In this document: positions 1-29,005 of the stretch, piece by piece | How positions within the stretch are numbered: position 1 is the stretch's first letter | Layout of the letters: the number at the start of each line of letters is the position of its first letter | Origin: Chrysomallon squamiferum | Taxonomy: Eukaryota > Animalia > Mollusca | NCBI GenBank assembly: GCA_012295275.1 | Contig: CM022677.1 | Coordinates: 27,404,001 to 27,468,000 of the forward strand | Direction: 5' to 3' | Length of the DNA stretch: 64,000 nt | Made by a program: the position numbers and the translations under genes | The notes under the pieces: generated by a model | Told to the model about the DNA's origin: nothing | Seen by the model: only the letters and a program-made list of their open reading frames with translations | Databases searched by the model: none

Positions 1-26
1 ATAAAAGAAACATGAGAAAATGCTGA

Positions 27-70
<44 letters not shown>

Positions 71-259
71 ATAATAATAATAATAATAATAAAAGTAGTA
101 ATAATAGTTGTTGTTGTAATAGTAGCGGTAGTAATAGTAATAGTAGTAGTAGCAGTTGTTGTAGTAGTAATAGTAGTAGTAGTAGTTGTAGTGGTAGCAG
201 TAGTAGTAGTAGTAGTAGTTGTTGTAATGATGCTAATAATAAACAATAGTGATACCAAC

Positions 260-451
260 CGTTTTTCCACCGCAAAATAACTGGTTATCGTCGTAATTTT
301 TGGGCGTTTCCCATCCGTACCTCCACATACTGGATCTACTGGCTGGGGACTTAAGATGTCCGTGAGGAGAAACCATCCCCAACAAGAACAGCAGACAAAA
401 AACGCGCAGTAGCATTGTTATTCGTAGACTTGAACGCGCAGCAACAGTCAT
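260..451 (-). CDS. First coding exon of a secreted AA15-type lytic polysaccharide monooxygenase / chitin-binding type-4 domain protein; the gene continues beyond the left edge of the window
   Basis: Translation (MTVAARSSLRIT)MLLRVFCLLFLLGMVSP|HGHLKSPASRSSMWRYGWETPKNYDDNQLFCGGKT. A hydrophobic signal peptide is followed by His1 and the HG.L..P.SRSS.WR.G...P.NYDD..L.CGG N-terminal motif typical of animal LPMOs. GT donor (ACG|GTTGGT) at 259. The true start may be the ATG at 415. Confidence 0.85.
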
Positions 452-1827
452 GTTTCAAAGACAATGTAGGTGACTTTCAAGAACTATCATGTATTAGTGG
501 GGGAAAACACAATTTATTGCCCCTATTTTAACTCTTCTTTTTGAAGTAATCATTTTTCCGCGCTGACGTCTGCTCCGGAGGCACTGTCGAGGTTAAAAGT
601 CATCGTGTCAAAATGAAATAAATAAAATAAAATAAAATAAAATAAATAAAAAACAGTGTTTATATTTCTCACTGTTGCATTTTCTTTTCTTATGAATCTT
701 AACAAATATTTTAAGTAAATAAAAATATTTAAAAGATTTATCAAGATCAAATAGATAAAAAAAATATATAAAAAAATTAAATTAAATAATTCGTGTACTG
801 TCGATCTATGTTTTGGGCCTCAACGTTTTGACGTACATTTTTCATTTTGACGTTTATTCTGTCGTCTGTTATTTTTTTTTTTTTTTTTCTCTCGCTGTAG
901 CGGGGTCAAAGGTCAAGATTCCTTGTTTTTAAGTTCATTGCAGTACATTAATAGCGACAGAAAAAAAAAAAAAAAAAAAAAAACTTCCGAAGTTGTCTCT
1001 TTCAGCGCGTGACAAGTTTAAAAGGAGGGACCAGACGACAGTTTTTAATGTAATAAATATTTGGTTAACACCCATTATTAAAGATGTTCCGTTTTTCGGT
1101 GGCAAAGCTGAAAATTATCTCCTTCCTCTTCTTGTTTTTCTTTCACTTGTCACTTTTCCTTAATCATCCTCGTTTTTTTTTTTAATCTTTTATTTTTATT
1201 TCTTCTTCTTCTTCTTCTTCTACTTTTTGGATTTATTTTGTTCATTGTTACTTTTGTTAAGTTTATTTATTTATGGAAGTTTATAATAAAATAGAGACTG
1301 AAAGTCATGATAAAATTCATATCATCTTTATTTATTTATTTATTTATTTATTTATGTTTGTTGGTTCATGTATACGTTTATTTATTTGTTTATTTATTTA
1401 TTTATATTTTTTGTTTTTTATTTATTTGTTTATTTATTTATTTATTTTTGTTTGTTTGTTTATGTATTTGTTTTTTCATTTATTTGTTTATTTATTTATT
1501 TATCTGTTTGTATTATTAATATTTTAACGATTCTAATAAATAATATAGTATACTATAGTATAGTACAAACTAGAATATCATAGTATAGTATAATATATTA
1601 TAATAAAGAACGAAAATATGAAACTTTTTTAATTCGCTGAAATATACTTACCTTTATTTTTTTACCACTCATTAATTAAGAAAAATAATAAATAAAATAA
1701 AATATTTAAAATTTCCAACACATTTTTAAAAAATTAAAAAATGTGAGGAATCTATAGTAGACCTTTATGGTTCTCAATAAATAAATAAACAAACAAATAA
1801 ACAAACAAACAAACAAATAAATAAATA

Positions 1828-1944
1828 GTTAGTAAAAGTACTAGAAGTAATTGTAGTGGTGCTAACAGTAGTAGTAGTAGTAGAAATAGTAGTAGTAGTA
1901 GTTGTAGTAATTGTTGTAGTGCTGACAGTAGTAGTAGTAGTAGC

Positions 1945-1984
<40 letters not shown>

Positions 1985-3180
1985 ACTAGTAGTAATTGTA
2001 GTAGTGCTGACAGTAGTAGTAGTAGTAATTGTAGTAGTGCTGACAGTAGTAGTAGTAGTAATTGTAGTAGTGCTGACAGTAGTAGTAGTAGTAATTGTAG
2101 TAGTAGTAGTAGTTGTACCAAACAGATTTGTAGTAGTAGTGGTGGTGCTAGTAGTAATAATACATATAGCAGTAGTGGTAGTATAGTAATCTTAGTAGAG
2201 GCTGTTGTGGTAGCTGTTTTAGAGTAGTAGTACTAGTAGTAGTTGAAGTAGAAGGGTGTTGCTCTTTGATCTAAGGTGTGTGGGGTCAAATGTCAATAAC
2301 TGCAAGGTCGAGGTGAACGAACGAATAATTTACATTACAGTAAATAACCGTTAATGGCAACTGTAATAATAATTAATATATTTGTATTTTAGTAGTAGTA
2401 GTAGCTATAGTAGCAACATTAGTAGTAAGAGTAGTAGTAGGATCAGTAGTAGTAACAGTAGTAAATGTAGTGGTAATAGTAGTAGTAACAGTTTGAACAG
2501 TAGTAGAAGTAGTAGTAGTAGTAGTAATAGTAGCACTAGTTGGAGTAGTAATAGTAGTAGTAATAGAGGTAGTAGTAGTAGTAGCACTAGTAGTAGTAAT
2601 AGTAATAATAGTAGTAGTACAGTACTTGTACCAGTAGTAGTAGTAATTGTAACTTATACAGAAACTATATGTCATAATATATACCATTTACCTACATATA
2701 TACTTAAGGTTTATGATAATGACAAAATAATAATAATATTAATAATAATAATGATGATGATGATGATGATGATGATGATAATAATAAAAAATAGTAGTAG
2801 TAGTAGTAGTAGTTGTTGTTGTTGTAGTTGTAGTATTAGTGACAGCTGCATTAATAGTAGCTGGGGTAATAATAATTGTAATAGCTAATAATTAATAGTA
2901 ATAATTAGTTATAATAGTAACAGTAGTTGTTGTAGTAGTAGTAACAGTAGTAATATCTGCTGCACTAGTAGTAGTATTAGTAGGAAGAGAAGTAGTAGTA
3001 GTAACAGTTTTATAGTTGTAGTTGTTGTAGTAGTAGTAGTAGTAGCAGTAGTAGTACTAGTATTAGAGTAGCAGTAGTAGTAATATCAACAGCACTAGTA
3101 GTAGTATTAGTAGGAAGAGAAGTAGTAGTAGCAGTTTTATTGTTGTAGTGGTTGTAGTGGTTGCAGTAGTAGTTATAATT
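1828..3180. repeat. Compound (AGT)n/(AAT)n microsatellite field
   Basis: Trinucleotide periodicity; source of poly-V/S/T/L ORFs. Confidence 0.9.
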
Positions 3181-3346
3181 CTTCTTCTTTGATTTCATTG
3201 ATGTGAAGATGAAAGTTGTGAATGGACAAGTTTTTAGTTTCAAGTCACGTTTTTCTTTCTTTCTTTGCTGAAAGGTTATACGTAATGACAGCTGTCATTT
3301 AACATTGATTGATGTTCTATAAGTCGATCCTGTACGATATGACGTC

Positions 3347-3397
<51 letters not shown>

Positions 3398-4301
3398 ATA
3401 ATGAATAAATAAATAATAACAATAACAATAATAGATAAATAAACAGAGAAATATAAAAAAATAAAAATAACATTAAAAATACATAACAAAAACATACTAC
3501 TACTACTACTACTACTACTACACTACTACTGATGATGATGATAAATAAATTAATAAATAAGTAAATAAATAAATTTAAAAATAATAAATAAATAACTAAA
3601 GTAAAAAAAGCAAAATAAAATAAAATAAATTAAAAATAAAATAAAACAAATTAAAAACAAAATAAAAGGCGAAGACAAAATTACACTATTTTATTATTAT
3701 TATTATTATTATTTTTTTTTTTTTTTTTTTCACATCACTAAATGAACAGTTTAACACAAAACGTCTATTAGATATTATTTATTCTAAGCAAGCGATTCGT
3801 TCATAAACTTACGGGGGATAACATAACTTGGTTAGGGAGAGACAATGGTTTTGATTGGACCGCAGTTTTCACAGCGATACAAACACAAATTTCTTGCTTA
3901 GCCTAAATGTGTCCCTCTGTTTATCCTGCATTGGGTGGGTGGGGGGAGTAGTCTATGTCATAGGGTTTGTTTTAAAGTGCACATGGCTCGGGTCATGCGC
4001 TAAAGGTTACGTTCATGACAAAAAACTGACATTGATAAAATATGTACGTGTTATTTGTGTAACGAAAAATCTGCGTATTTGCAGGTAATGCAGACGTCAT
4101 TTATTACTGTATTGATAACCTGCGTTAAAATTGTGTGTGTGTGTGTGTGTGTGTGTGGTTTTGTTTGTGTAAGAAGGGACAAAATTTTGTTTGCTGAAAG
4201 AAAAGAAAAACAAAGACAATAAAAAATTTAAAAATTTAAAACGTCCAAAAAAAAAACAACAACAATAACCAACATAGAAATTTGAAATACAACAAAGACA
4301 A

Positions 4302-4332
<31 letters not shown>

Positions 4333-4446
4333 AAATAAAATTTAAAAAAAAAAAAATAAAACGTCCAAAATAAAAAAATTAAAATAAAAAACTAACATAG
4401 TTCAGTATATTTCATTATTACATATCAGTAGTTTCTTAATTAATAA

Positions 4447-4493
<47 letters not shown>

Positions 4494-5639
4494 GGAGAAG
4501 AAAATAATGCAATGATACACAGAGAGGAGGTGACAGGTCGGTAAGAAAAAAGAAGTAATATGAATGAAGAAAGACAAATAATGGAGAGTGAGGGCAGAGG
4601 TCAAATGTTCGAGGTCGGAGGTCAGATTGGAACCAGTCGACGAACACAGAAAAAGGCGCGACACCATTGTACGTCACTATGTATTTGGTCTCGTATCGCT
4701 TTCCTCCGGCAAAAATGTTTGTTATTTCTGCGCATAAACTGGAAAAATAAAAAAAATAAAAAAAATGTTCATCTGTCTTGTTTTTAGTTAAGTGTCAAAA
4801 TTAAATGTCAAAAATATCTATTAAGTCTACAAAAAACAACAGTGACAAAGCAGTGAGAGAAAAAAAAAATAAAGGGAACAAATTTATTTTATGGCGTTTT
4901 GCTTTTTTAAGCAGATATTTGGCGACAAAACCTTTTATTATTATTTATTGTTGTTGTTGTTGCTGTTGTTGCTATTGCTGTTGTAGTTATTATTACTGTT
5001 ATTATTGTTGTTTCTGCTGTTAATGTTGCAGTGGTAGTAATTATTATTGCTAATGTTACTATTATAATATAACTATTAGAAGTAGTTGTAATAGTAATAG
5101 GTAGTAGTAGTTGGAGGAGTAGCATCAGTAATAACAGTAGTAGTAGTTCAGGGCGTAGTAGTCTCAGTAGTTCAGTAGCATTTTGTTAATATAAAATACA
5201 AATCGTTTCTCATATTTATTATTATTTAGCTAAAAGTGTACTTCTAGTTATCTCCCTTTCTCTCGTTATATTTTCTCAGGTACTGGCAGTAGTAACAGTG
5301 GTAGTAGTAATATCAGTAGCATCAGTAATAGTAGTAATAGTAGTCTTAATACGAGTAAAGAAATAGTAGTAATAATGATAGCAGTAGTAATAGTATTTGT
5401 AAATTATTAACAGTAAAATGGTAATAGTTTCAGTAAATGTAATAATTAGTGGTAACAGCACAACAAATTATGCTAATAGTAGGAGTAGTAGTAGTAGCAG
5501 CAGCAGTAGCAGCAACAGCAGCAGTAGCAGTAATAGTAATAGTAGTAGTAGCAGTAGTAGAAGTAGTAGAGAATATTGACGACAGACTGTTATAAGAAAA
5601 TAGTGGGTCACACTGAGTGGTGGAATTTACAAACAACAT

Positions 5640-5700
5640 TGTCCGGAAAGGTACCGGAAGTTGACGTTAATGGTGATTGTCGTTTGACGTGGAGTAGATC
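5640..5700 (+). promoter_or_regulatory. Probable TATA-less DYM core promoter (tandem ETS CCGGAA sites plus TGACG half-sites)
   Basis: CCGGAAAG and CCGGAAGT at 5643-5661, TGACGT twice, just upstream of a donor at 5773; typical housekeeping-promoter make-up. Confidence 0.5.
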
Positions 5701-5772
5701 ACTGTTTTGTCTTCAATGTGACATGTAATTAAAAATTAAATAATATACTTGTATCTAAACACCTTCACCGAG
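5690..5772 (+). other. DYM: Probable non-coding 5'UTR exon of DYM (start approximate)
   Basis: Donor GAG|GTAATT at 5772/5773. The ATG exon begins with an acceptor (TTTAG at 6480) only 4 nt before the ATG, so an upstream exon is required. Confidence 0.5.
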
Positions 5773-6448
5773 GTAATTAATTTCTCTGCATGCTTTCTCG
5801 CACGTTTTGTTCATTTTTTTTCCGGTTTCACAACCGATGATGAGCAATGGGTGTTATGTTTGTTTACATTTTCTATTGCGAATCACAAATTCTAACACCA
5901 AAAGTCAAGGCGAAAAATAAATCGATCGATACATATATTTATGTTCACGTAACTCATAATAAATTACAATAGTGAAGTAACAGACTGTTAAAAATGTAAA
6001 CAGCATGTTAAATAAACACAACGACGATTCCATTTTCAAACATAAGCATTCATCAGATTCATAGACTGAAAGATTGAACTGTTTGACATAATGATTATTA
6101 TAAATATAATGTTTTAGCAGTCGTTTATGAATAATTCAGTGAACCAGTTTGAACAAAGCATATTTATTAATAATTTATATTTATTCAGTTTTATTTAATT
6201 TTTAATGTTTAATTTATTTATTAATTCAGTTTACAAGGCAGATTCTTAACTCAGAATCTCTATGTTTATCATTGTCTTTTCCCAAACATGACATAAAAAG
6301 GTCATTAGTAATTGTTAGCAAATTTGACTGCATGATTATATTTGCTCAGCTTGAATATTTGTTTTTCGAGAAATCATTCTTCATTTTCATGGTTCATTTA
6401 TTCATTGTTTCATATATAGTGTTTTGAAGAGACCTTTAATATGTTATT

Positions 6449-6479
<31 letters not shown>

Positions 6480-6484
6480 GCACT

Positions 6485-21101
<14,617 letters not shown>

Positions 21102-22732
21102 ACAGACGGAACAACAGATGGACATTTTATTTTGTAAATCTCAGTTCAGTTCATTTCTTTTTTGTGTGATGCTGAACTTAACTTTGGGAATTTTTAAACT
21201 TGTGAGGGAATTCAAAATGCATAAAAAATATTTTAAAACTGATGAGGGAATTTGAAACTTTTGAGGGAGTTTAGATCTTGGAAAATTCTCGGAAATTCCG
21301 AAGAAGAAGAAGAAGGAAAATATATAAAGATTGTGAGAAAATTTGAAAAGTTATGAAGGAACTTGAAACCTGGTTAAAATTATTTATTTATTTATGTGAG
21401 GAAATTTGAAATTTGTGTAGTTTTTTTTTGTTGTTTTTTTAAATATAGAAGTTGTACTGGCTTTTTATACTTTTATGAATTTAAAACTTGCAGAATGAAA
21501 AACTGTAAAACATAAAATGTTGGAAATATTTTGAAGAGATTTGGAAGGAATTTGAAGCTTAATAAAGATACAAAACTAACGGGGGGAATTAATAAAACTG
21601 TAAACTGGAAATTAATTGTGGATTAAAATAATTTGAAGAAATTAAACTTTCAACCTGGTGTGAAATTGAGAAACTTACAAATGAATGTAAATGCAAAAAA
21701 GGAGATTTTTAATTTCTTAGGTGGTGTCATGATGTTTATGTGCAATTTAAAACTTGTGAGAGATTTGTAGATTAATGTTTGTATGTAAATATCCAAAACA
21801 GAAATATTAAAATGATGAAGAAATTAAAAATTTTAAGTGAATTTGTTTCTAAATAGTAATAATAATAATAATAATAACTAACAATAACAGTAATAGTAAC
21901 GGTAATAATAATAATATTAATAACAATAATAATAACTAACAACAGTAATAATAATTGTTAGAAAAAATTTATAATAATAATAATAATAGTGATAATAAAT
22001 GTAATAACAATGAATAATAATAATAATAATAATAATAACAATAACAACAGTAGTAACACAAATATCAATAATGATAATGGTAACAATGTTTTCTTTCTTT
22101 TCTGTTATTATTATCTGTTTTTTTTTCAAATTTAAATAATTTGTATGCAGATGATCAGAAAGAATAAACAACAACAACAATAATGATAATAATAACAATT
22201 ATTTGTAAGAATAAATAATAATATTTTTTTTTTTTTAAATATCCGCAGAATGAAACTGACAGCTGTATAAATTATGAATAGTGGTATTTATATTTATATT
22301 ATACAAGAGGCATATATATATATATATATATATATATTCTGGTTATTATAATGGCATTTCTTTTTTGTTTTTTGGTTGTTGTTGTTTTTTTATATATTTA
22401 TATATTTTGTTTGTTGTGTTTTTATAAAGTTTATTTGATATGTATTTATGTCCCTTCCAAACCAAATATTTATTTTTTTTTTTTTTTTTTTTAAAGTTAA
22501 TTATAAGTTTGTATTTGTTCTGATTCTTCTTTTTCTTCATTTATAACTGTTTTTTTCTTATTTGTGACATTTGAATTATCTCCCTTGTAAAAAACAGCAC
22601 AAATTGTACCGGTTATCTCCCTTGCAACCTTTAAACACAAATTATAATTTTTTTGGTGTTTCTCCTCTATTTTTTTTTTTTTTTTTTTTTTTAGGGTTAT
22701 CTCCCTTGCAATAGCAGCACAAACTGTTTAGA

Positions 22733-22776
<44 letters not shown>

Positions 22777-23939
22777 GTAGTAGTAGTATTATTAGTATTA
22801 GTATTATTATTACTAATATAAACAGAGTTTTTAAAAGTATTTTATATTTTTGTAGTTTTATATTAGTGGGAGAAGGGTATCGTCCTCTTAATTACACGTC
22901 CCAAATTAAATTGTAATAAACTGGTGTATTGTGATGTCACACTTTCCATGTGCTGCTTCCATAGCAACTGCCATTCTTTGGTTGGGAAGGAATTTAAATA
23001 AAGACATTGTTTGTAATAGAACTTACAAAACAGTTTAATTAAATTTAAAAATCCAAACTAAATGCAGTTCAATATTCATTTTTATTTATTTATTTATTTC
23101 TATTTATTTTATTAACATATTGTTATTTTATGTTAATGATGATGATGATTATTATTATTTTATTATTTATTATTGTTTATTATTATTATTATTAATATTA
23201 TTATTATTAAGCAGTGTGAGTTTCTGTGTTTGTGTGTTTCCATGACAACTCAGTTTTGATGAGTAGGAAAGAAATTGTTAGAAAGCATTCTTGGGTATTT
23301 TTATCCTTAGAGGTTTTTTTTTTTTGTTTATTCCTTTTCTGTTCTTTTAAGATTGATATTGTTATTAACAAACTAGTCCATGGTAGGCATGCTTGTATCA
23401 GCAAACACTGGAATTTTAGTTGGGAATTATTATTTTTTTAATATTCTTTCCTTAGTATTCTTTATTAATTCTAAATTGTGTGTGTGTGTGTGTATATATT
23501 CTGGGCTTTTGTATATGGCAGTTAAAAAACATACATTTATTTCACAGTAACTTATGGGTTAATGCTGAAGACTGTATTTAACATGTTATAGCGAGTTAGT
23601 GAATAAATCTGATGAGTGTGTATTTATGTTTTGGGTCTGTCTTGGAAATTCCTGTTATTGTAAAATGTAAAAAAAAAAAAATATATATATACATGTTTGT
23701 GATAAAAAAAAAAATTGTGAATCGTCAATAGAAATAGCATTGATGTTTTTGTCATTTTTTTTATTTATTCCTTTTTTTCTTTCCTTCTTCTTATATTTTT
23801 ATTTGTTTATTTGTTTATTTTTTTTTTTTATTATCAATATTTCTTTCCTTTTTTTGTTGTTGTTTGTGAAGATTTTTGAGAAACAAGGCCTGTGAGATGT
23901 AAATTTGAACCAAAACATATCTGGTTTTATTTTACACTT

Positions 23940-24000
23940 GTTGTACATAAATATAAATAAAATATTTCAATATTAAATGTCTTTTTATTTTTTTTTTTCT
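23940..24000 (+). terminator. Candidate DYM polyadenylation signal
   Basis: TGTA upstream element, AATAAA at 23956-23961 and a T/GT-rich downstream element; the + strand T-rich bias ends here. Confidence 0.4.
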
Positions 24001-24249
24001 CTGTTTTTTTTAATAGTGTTTTCCTTTTGAGCACATCAATATATTTTTTTAGTGAATTTATGTTTTACTAGTTTGCAGATGTTTGTCCACATTCACACAT
24101 TCATACATACATACATACATATATCTTGTCTATTTTTATTTGTTTAAATTGTATAACATATTTTTGCATCTGCTTCACTCCAACTGTTCTAGCTAATTAA
24201 TAATTTTGTAATTTCTTACATCATTTTTTAACTACTACCCATTCATGCA

Positions 24250-24303
24250 AAACCGAAACAAGGAAAAAAAACGAAAAGTTGATTTCAAATATTTGTTTTT
24301 ATT
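24250..24303 (-). terminator. Candidate Smad6/7 polyadenylation signal
   Basis: AATAAA on the minus strand at 24303-24298, followed on that strand by U/GU-rich CTTTTCGTTTTTTTTCCTTGTTTCGG. Confidence 0.4.
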
Positions 24304-24631
24304 TTATGTGGTTGAGTGACAGATGACATCATGTCACTCAAGAGTTGAGTACAACAATGTGTGTATTTGTATTACAACCACAGAGTGGGTGTGGCTAACA
24401 TCAGTGTGGGCGTGGCTAACTCCAGTTGAATGACAGTTGTCTCCCTTCAACTATGACAAACATTTTAATTCATAAATAATGAGAGTGAGGATTTCTGGTT
24501 TTGTTTTATTATAAAAACAATAATAATAATAATAATAATAATAATATAAATAAAAACTAATTAATAATAATAATAATAAATTTTAAAAATAAGAATATAT
24601 ATATATATATATATATAAAGAATATATAAAA

Positions 24632-24686
<55 letters not shown>

Positions 24687-25548
24687 GTAATAATAATAGT
24701 AAAAATAAATTTTTTGTTTTTATTGGGTTTTTTTGGATAGGTTATTTTGAACTGTTACAAATGGTTCTTATTCAACTGGAAAAAGCAGGCCCTTAATACA
24801 GATGGTTGTATATTCATAATACACACATACTCACACACACACACACATACAGACATACATCTGGAAATACTGGTGGATAACAATATATATATATAATAAT
24901 TATAATAATAAACACATGAACATAATCTTGCAAACTCAACACATTTATAAAAACATACTTTTGTCATAGCACGTAAAATTTAAAAAAAAAAAAAAATGAA
25001 ACAACACAACAAGTTTGTGTACTTAGAATAAAAAAATAATATAACGAAAAATTAAAATGAATTAAAATAAGATATTTTTCTTCTTTTGATTAACTAAGGT
25101 AATAAAATAATACTAACTTTGATGTTACTGCCATTTTTTAATTTTCGGTATATAAATTTTTGATATACCAATATGAGTAAAGGTAGAAAAATATCTGCCA
25201 TTATTTGTTTTTGTTTATTTTGATAAGCTTAAAGGTGCATTCACACAGTTAAAATTCTGGTAAAAATAAAAAAATAATGAATGAATGAATGAATGAATGA
25301 ATGAATGAATAAATGAATGAATGAATAAATTTAAAAATAAATAAATAAACAATAAAATAGATACATATATCAATAAAAAAAAGGAAAATAAACTTTTAAA
25401 CACTAAATAACTAAATGAATAAATGAATTAATTAATTAAAAAAATAATAAAAAAAGATACATAAATATAAAATTAAAAAAAAAAAAAAAAAAAAAATAAA
25501 CAAACAAAAACCATAAATTAAAAAAAAATAAAATAAAATAACAAACAA

Positions 25549-25595
<47 letters not shown>

Positions 25596-26683
25596 ACCTA
25601 AATTAACCTAATGAACCACACCCCCCACACACCCACACACCCCAGCCCACATCTGCTTTGTGCGTCTGCTTCATGCAACCAGGTCTCTCAGACATTATTG
25701 ACATTTGACCCCTTTCTATGAAATCCTCTTTTTGATAAAACACACAGGTATTTCTACAAACTCCTCTGTTTGACAAAACACACAGGTATATATTTCCACA
25801 ACAAAGAAATCCCATTGAACAATTTCAGGGACTGTCTACCTACCCCCCCCCCCCCCCCCACCCAGTTCCATTTCACTACTGTCCTTTCCTGAACAAACAT
25901 TTTCAATTTCAATTTTCTGTGTCCATTTATGTCCAAGAAACCATCTAATTTTAAAATTCTGAATGTTTTCCCTTCTACTCCCTCCCACATTTTGCCCACC
26001 CCTAGTTTTCCCCCCTATCCTAGTGTTCCCTTTTTAACCTGCCTCCGTTGCATGAACTCATCATTTCTAGTAAACTGTCTTCATCATTTATTCTCCATTT
26101 CTTTCTTTCTTTCTTTTATAAACTTTTCATTGATAAACACTAAATTTCAAACTGATGGTTAGATGTTAACATAATGATGGATGATGATGATGATAATGAT
26201 GATGATATTAATAACAATGACAGTGATAATAAAAATTATGATAATATAATAATAATGATGATGATGATAGTAAATAATATTTTGTACTGGGTTGTTATGA
26301 AAAAAAAAACCCAGTGTGAATGCACCTTTAAAAGCAATTTAACAACTACATCTAACATAAATAACATTGCTTAGTAAAAAATAATAATAAAAAAAAATAA
26401 TAATAAAAAAAATTAAATTACTTATTTTATAATTTTTTTTATTAAATTAAGTAAAGGAATTAAAAACCAAAAACAAATGTTATTAAAAACTAAAATCAAG
26501 TATCTTATGTAATTAAAATTTTTAAAAATGAAAAAAAAAATGTATAAAATTAAATACATCACTTAACCATCAACAAAATATTGCCACACAACAGCAGCAG
26601 CAGCAGCAACAACGACAACAGCAATGACAACAACAAAGACAAGTTAAATCAGACACTTTTTGAAAAAGATGAGGTAGATAATA

Positions 26684-26774
26684 TAACCACATTCACCCCT
26701 AAATTTCTGACATAGACCTGTCTTTGCAGGCTAGAAGGGCAGGTCCATTGTGGAAATGTAGGGGTGGATGGTTG
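26684..26774. mobile_element. Short inverted-repeat (MITE-like) element of about 90 bp
   Basis: Left arm TAACCACATTCACCCCTAAATTTC...GACCTGTCTT pairs with right arm AAGGGCAGGTC...GAAATGTAGGGGTGGATGGTTG. Confidence 0.5.
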
Positions 26775-26883
26775 ATAAAATGCTGCTCGAAGGAAATCAT
26801 TTTTTTGATAGTCACTGAAATTTTAATCAAGAAATGAATAAAAATGTTATATTTTATACTTAATAATAAATATATAATAATAA

Positions 26884-26932
<49 letters not shown>

Positions 26933-27277
26933 CTGTTACTTCTCAACTATCAATTCTTTCATGTTTGGTTTTCTAATAATGTATCTCAGTACATTTTCAC
27001 ATTTTTATATTACTATCAACTGTTAATGACTATCAAAGAAATGATTATTTATTTACAAAAAGATGAACGGAACATAAACACTGCAGCCATCAAACACATT
27101 CAGACACATCTTGAACACAACAACCAGTATTTCCAGAGTACATCGTCGTAACAACCACAATGGTAGCAGCAGCAGCAACATCATTCTGACATACTTTGTC
27201 GACTTAATGGAAGACAAAAAGTAATTGGTAGTAGTTTTTTGTTTGTTAAAATTTCAAGTTTCAAGTTCTAAAAGACG

Positions 27278-27310
<33 letters not shown>

Positions 27311-28058
27311 TATAACAATGTTTTAAACAACAATAATAATTAATAATAAAATCAAATTTGAATAAATAAATAAGAATATTAAATTATCAATGCAATTCTT
27401 TTTTTTCTCTTTTTTTTTTCAATTGTAATTTTTTAAAGTTTAAAATAAATTTAAATATAAATTTAAAAAAAGGAAAAAGTAAGAAATACAAAAAGTTAAT
27501 AATGAATATTTAGCTTTACAGATATATGCTTCTTATAATTTTATAAGTACAATATATTATAAAATCGTTTTGGTTTTTTTTTTCATTCATTTTGCCTAAC
27601 TAAATATTATCATCATTATTTATTTATTTATTTATTTTCCATTAAGTCAAAAACATAAGTCATTCAGATGTCAACAACTGTTCAACCACTGTTAAATATA
27701 AATTACATATCAACAATCAGTATATATATGTACACATCAAAGATATATACAGAAACAAAATAAAACATAGGACCCAGAGTTATAGCCCTTTGTGGCAGTC
27801 TCCCTGGTGGTTACCATGGAAACTGAACAGATGACACGCACACATATCCCATGTTGCATTGGTAAAGGGTGAATATTGAGTGTATATTTCTGCATATTCA
27901 CGTACATATACATATTTTAAATTTTTAGAGATTTTTTTTTTTTTCACAACTGAATTGTAATACATACTGTCTTATTTTCTAGAATATTATTTATAAAATG
28001 TAAATATTTATTAATGAAATTTCTGAAACTAGAAATTTGGATATACTTAACATTAAAG

Positions 28059-28099
<41 letters not shown>

Positions 28100-28103
28100 A
28101 AGA

Positions 28104-28164
<61 letters not shown>

Positions 28165-28974
28165 CCAGATAAAAACACAATAAATAAATAAATAAATAAA
28201 ATTAAAAATAAAACTCTTTGTATCATCTTTTCAGAGAAGCAGAATTTCAATATACCTACATCCAAAAAATATTACTAGTCAACAGAATATAAATTTTAAA
28301 CAATCTTATTTTCAAAGACAAAAATACTTTTTTTTTTCAAAATTTATCAGTACATATCATTTTGTTAAAACAAATGTAAATTTAAAATTTACTATTACCC
28401 TCATCATTTTATCCAAGATTCTTATCTATATTTTATCAGTATATATGTGTGTATGTACCTAGATTCATTAACAACAACACAAATATAAATAAAATTATTT
28501 AAATAACAGTATGTATTACAATTCAGTATATCTCTGTTACATATATAATAATAATAAAATAATAATAATAATAATAATACATATATTACTAGCACAAAGT
28601 AGAGGTATTGTAGGTAATTCATACTGGTTTTTTTTTTTTTTTTAATTTTATCTCTGCAAAGTAATTGCATTGAAGGAGGTTTAAGGAGAAAATGTTTTGC
28701 CATTTATAGTTGCAATATCGTTTTAAATTTTAGCACACCACCATCACAGGTTTGTGGCAGAAGGCACTTGGAGACAACACATCAACCATTTTTGGAGTTT
28801 AGATTTTTAAATTAAAAAAACATAAAATAAATAAATAGATAAATAAATAAATAAATGTTTAAATATTTTTTTTTTGCAATTGGTAATAACTGGAGTTATG
28901 TTAATGTACTGGTAATGAAAATAAATTGTAATGAAAGAAATAATAACTGTAAAAAAAAAGTAATCTGGAGGAGT

Positions 28975-29005
<31 letters not shown>

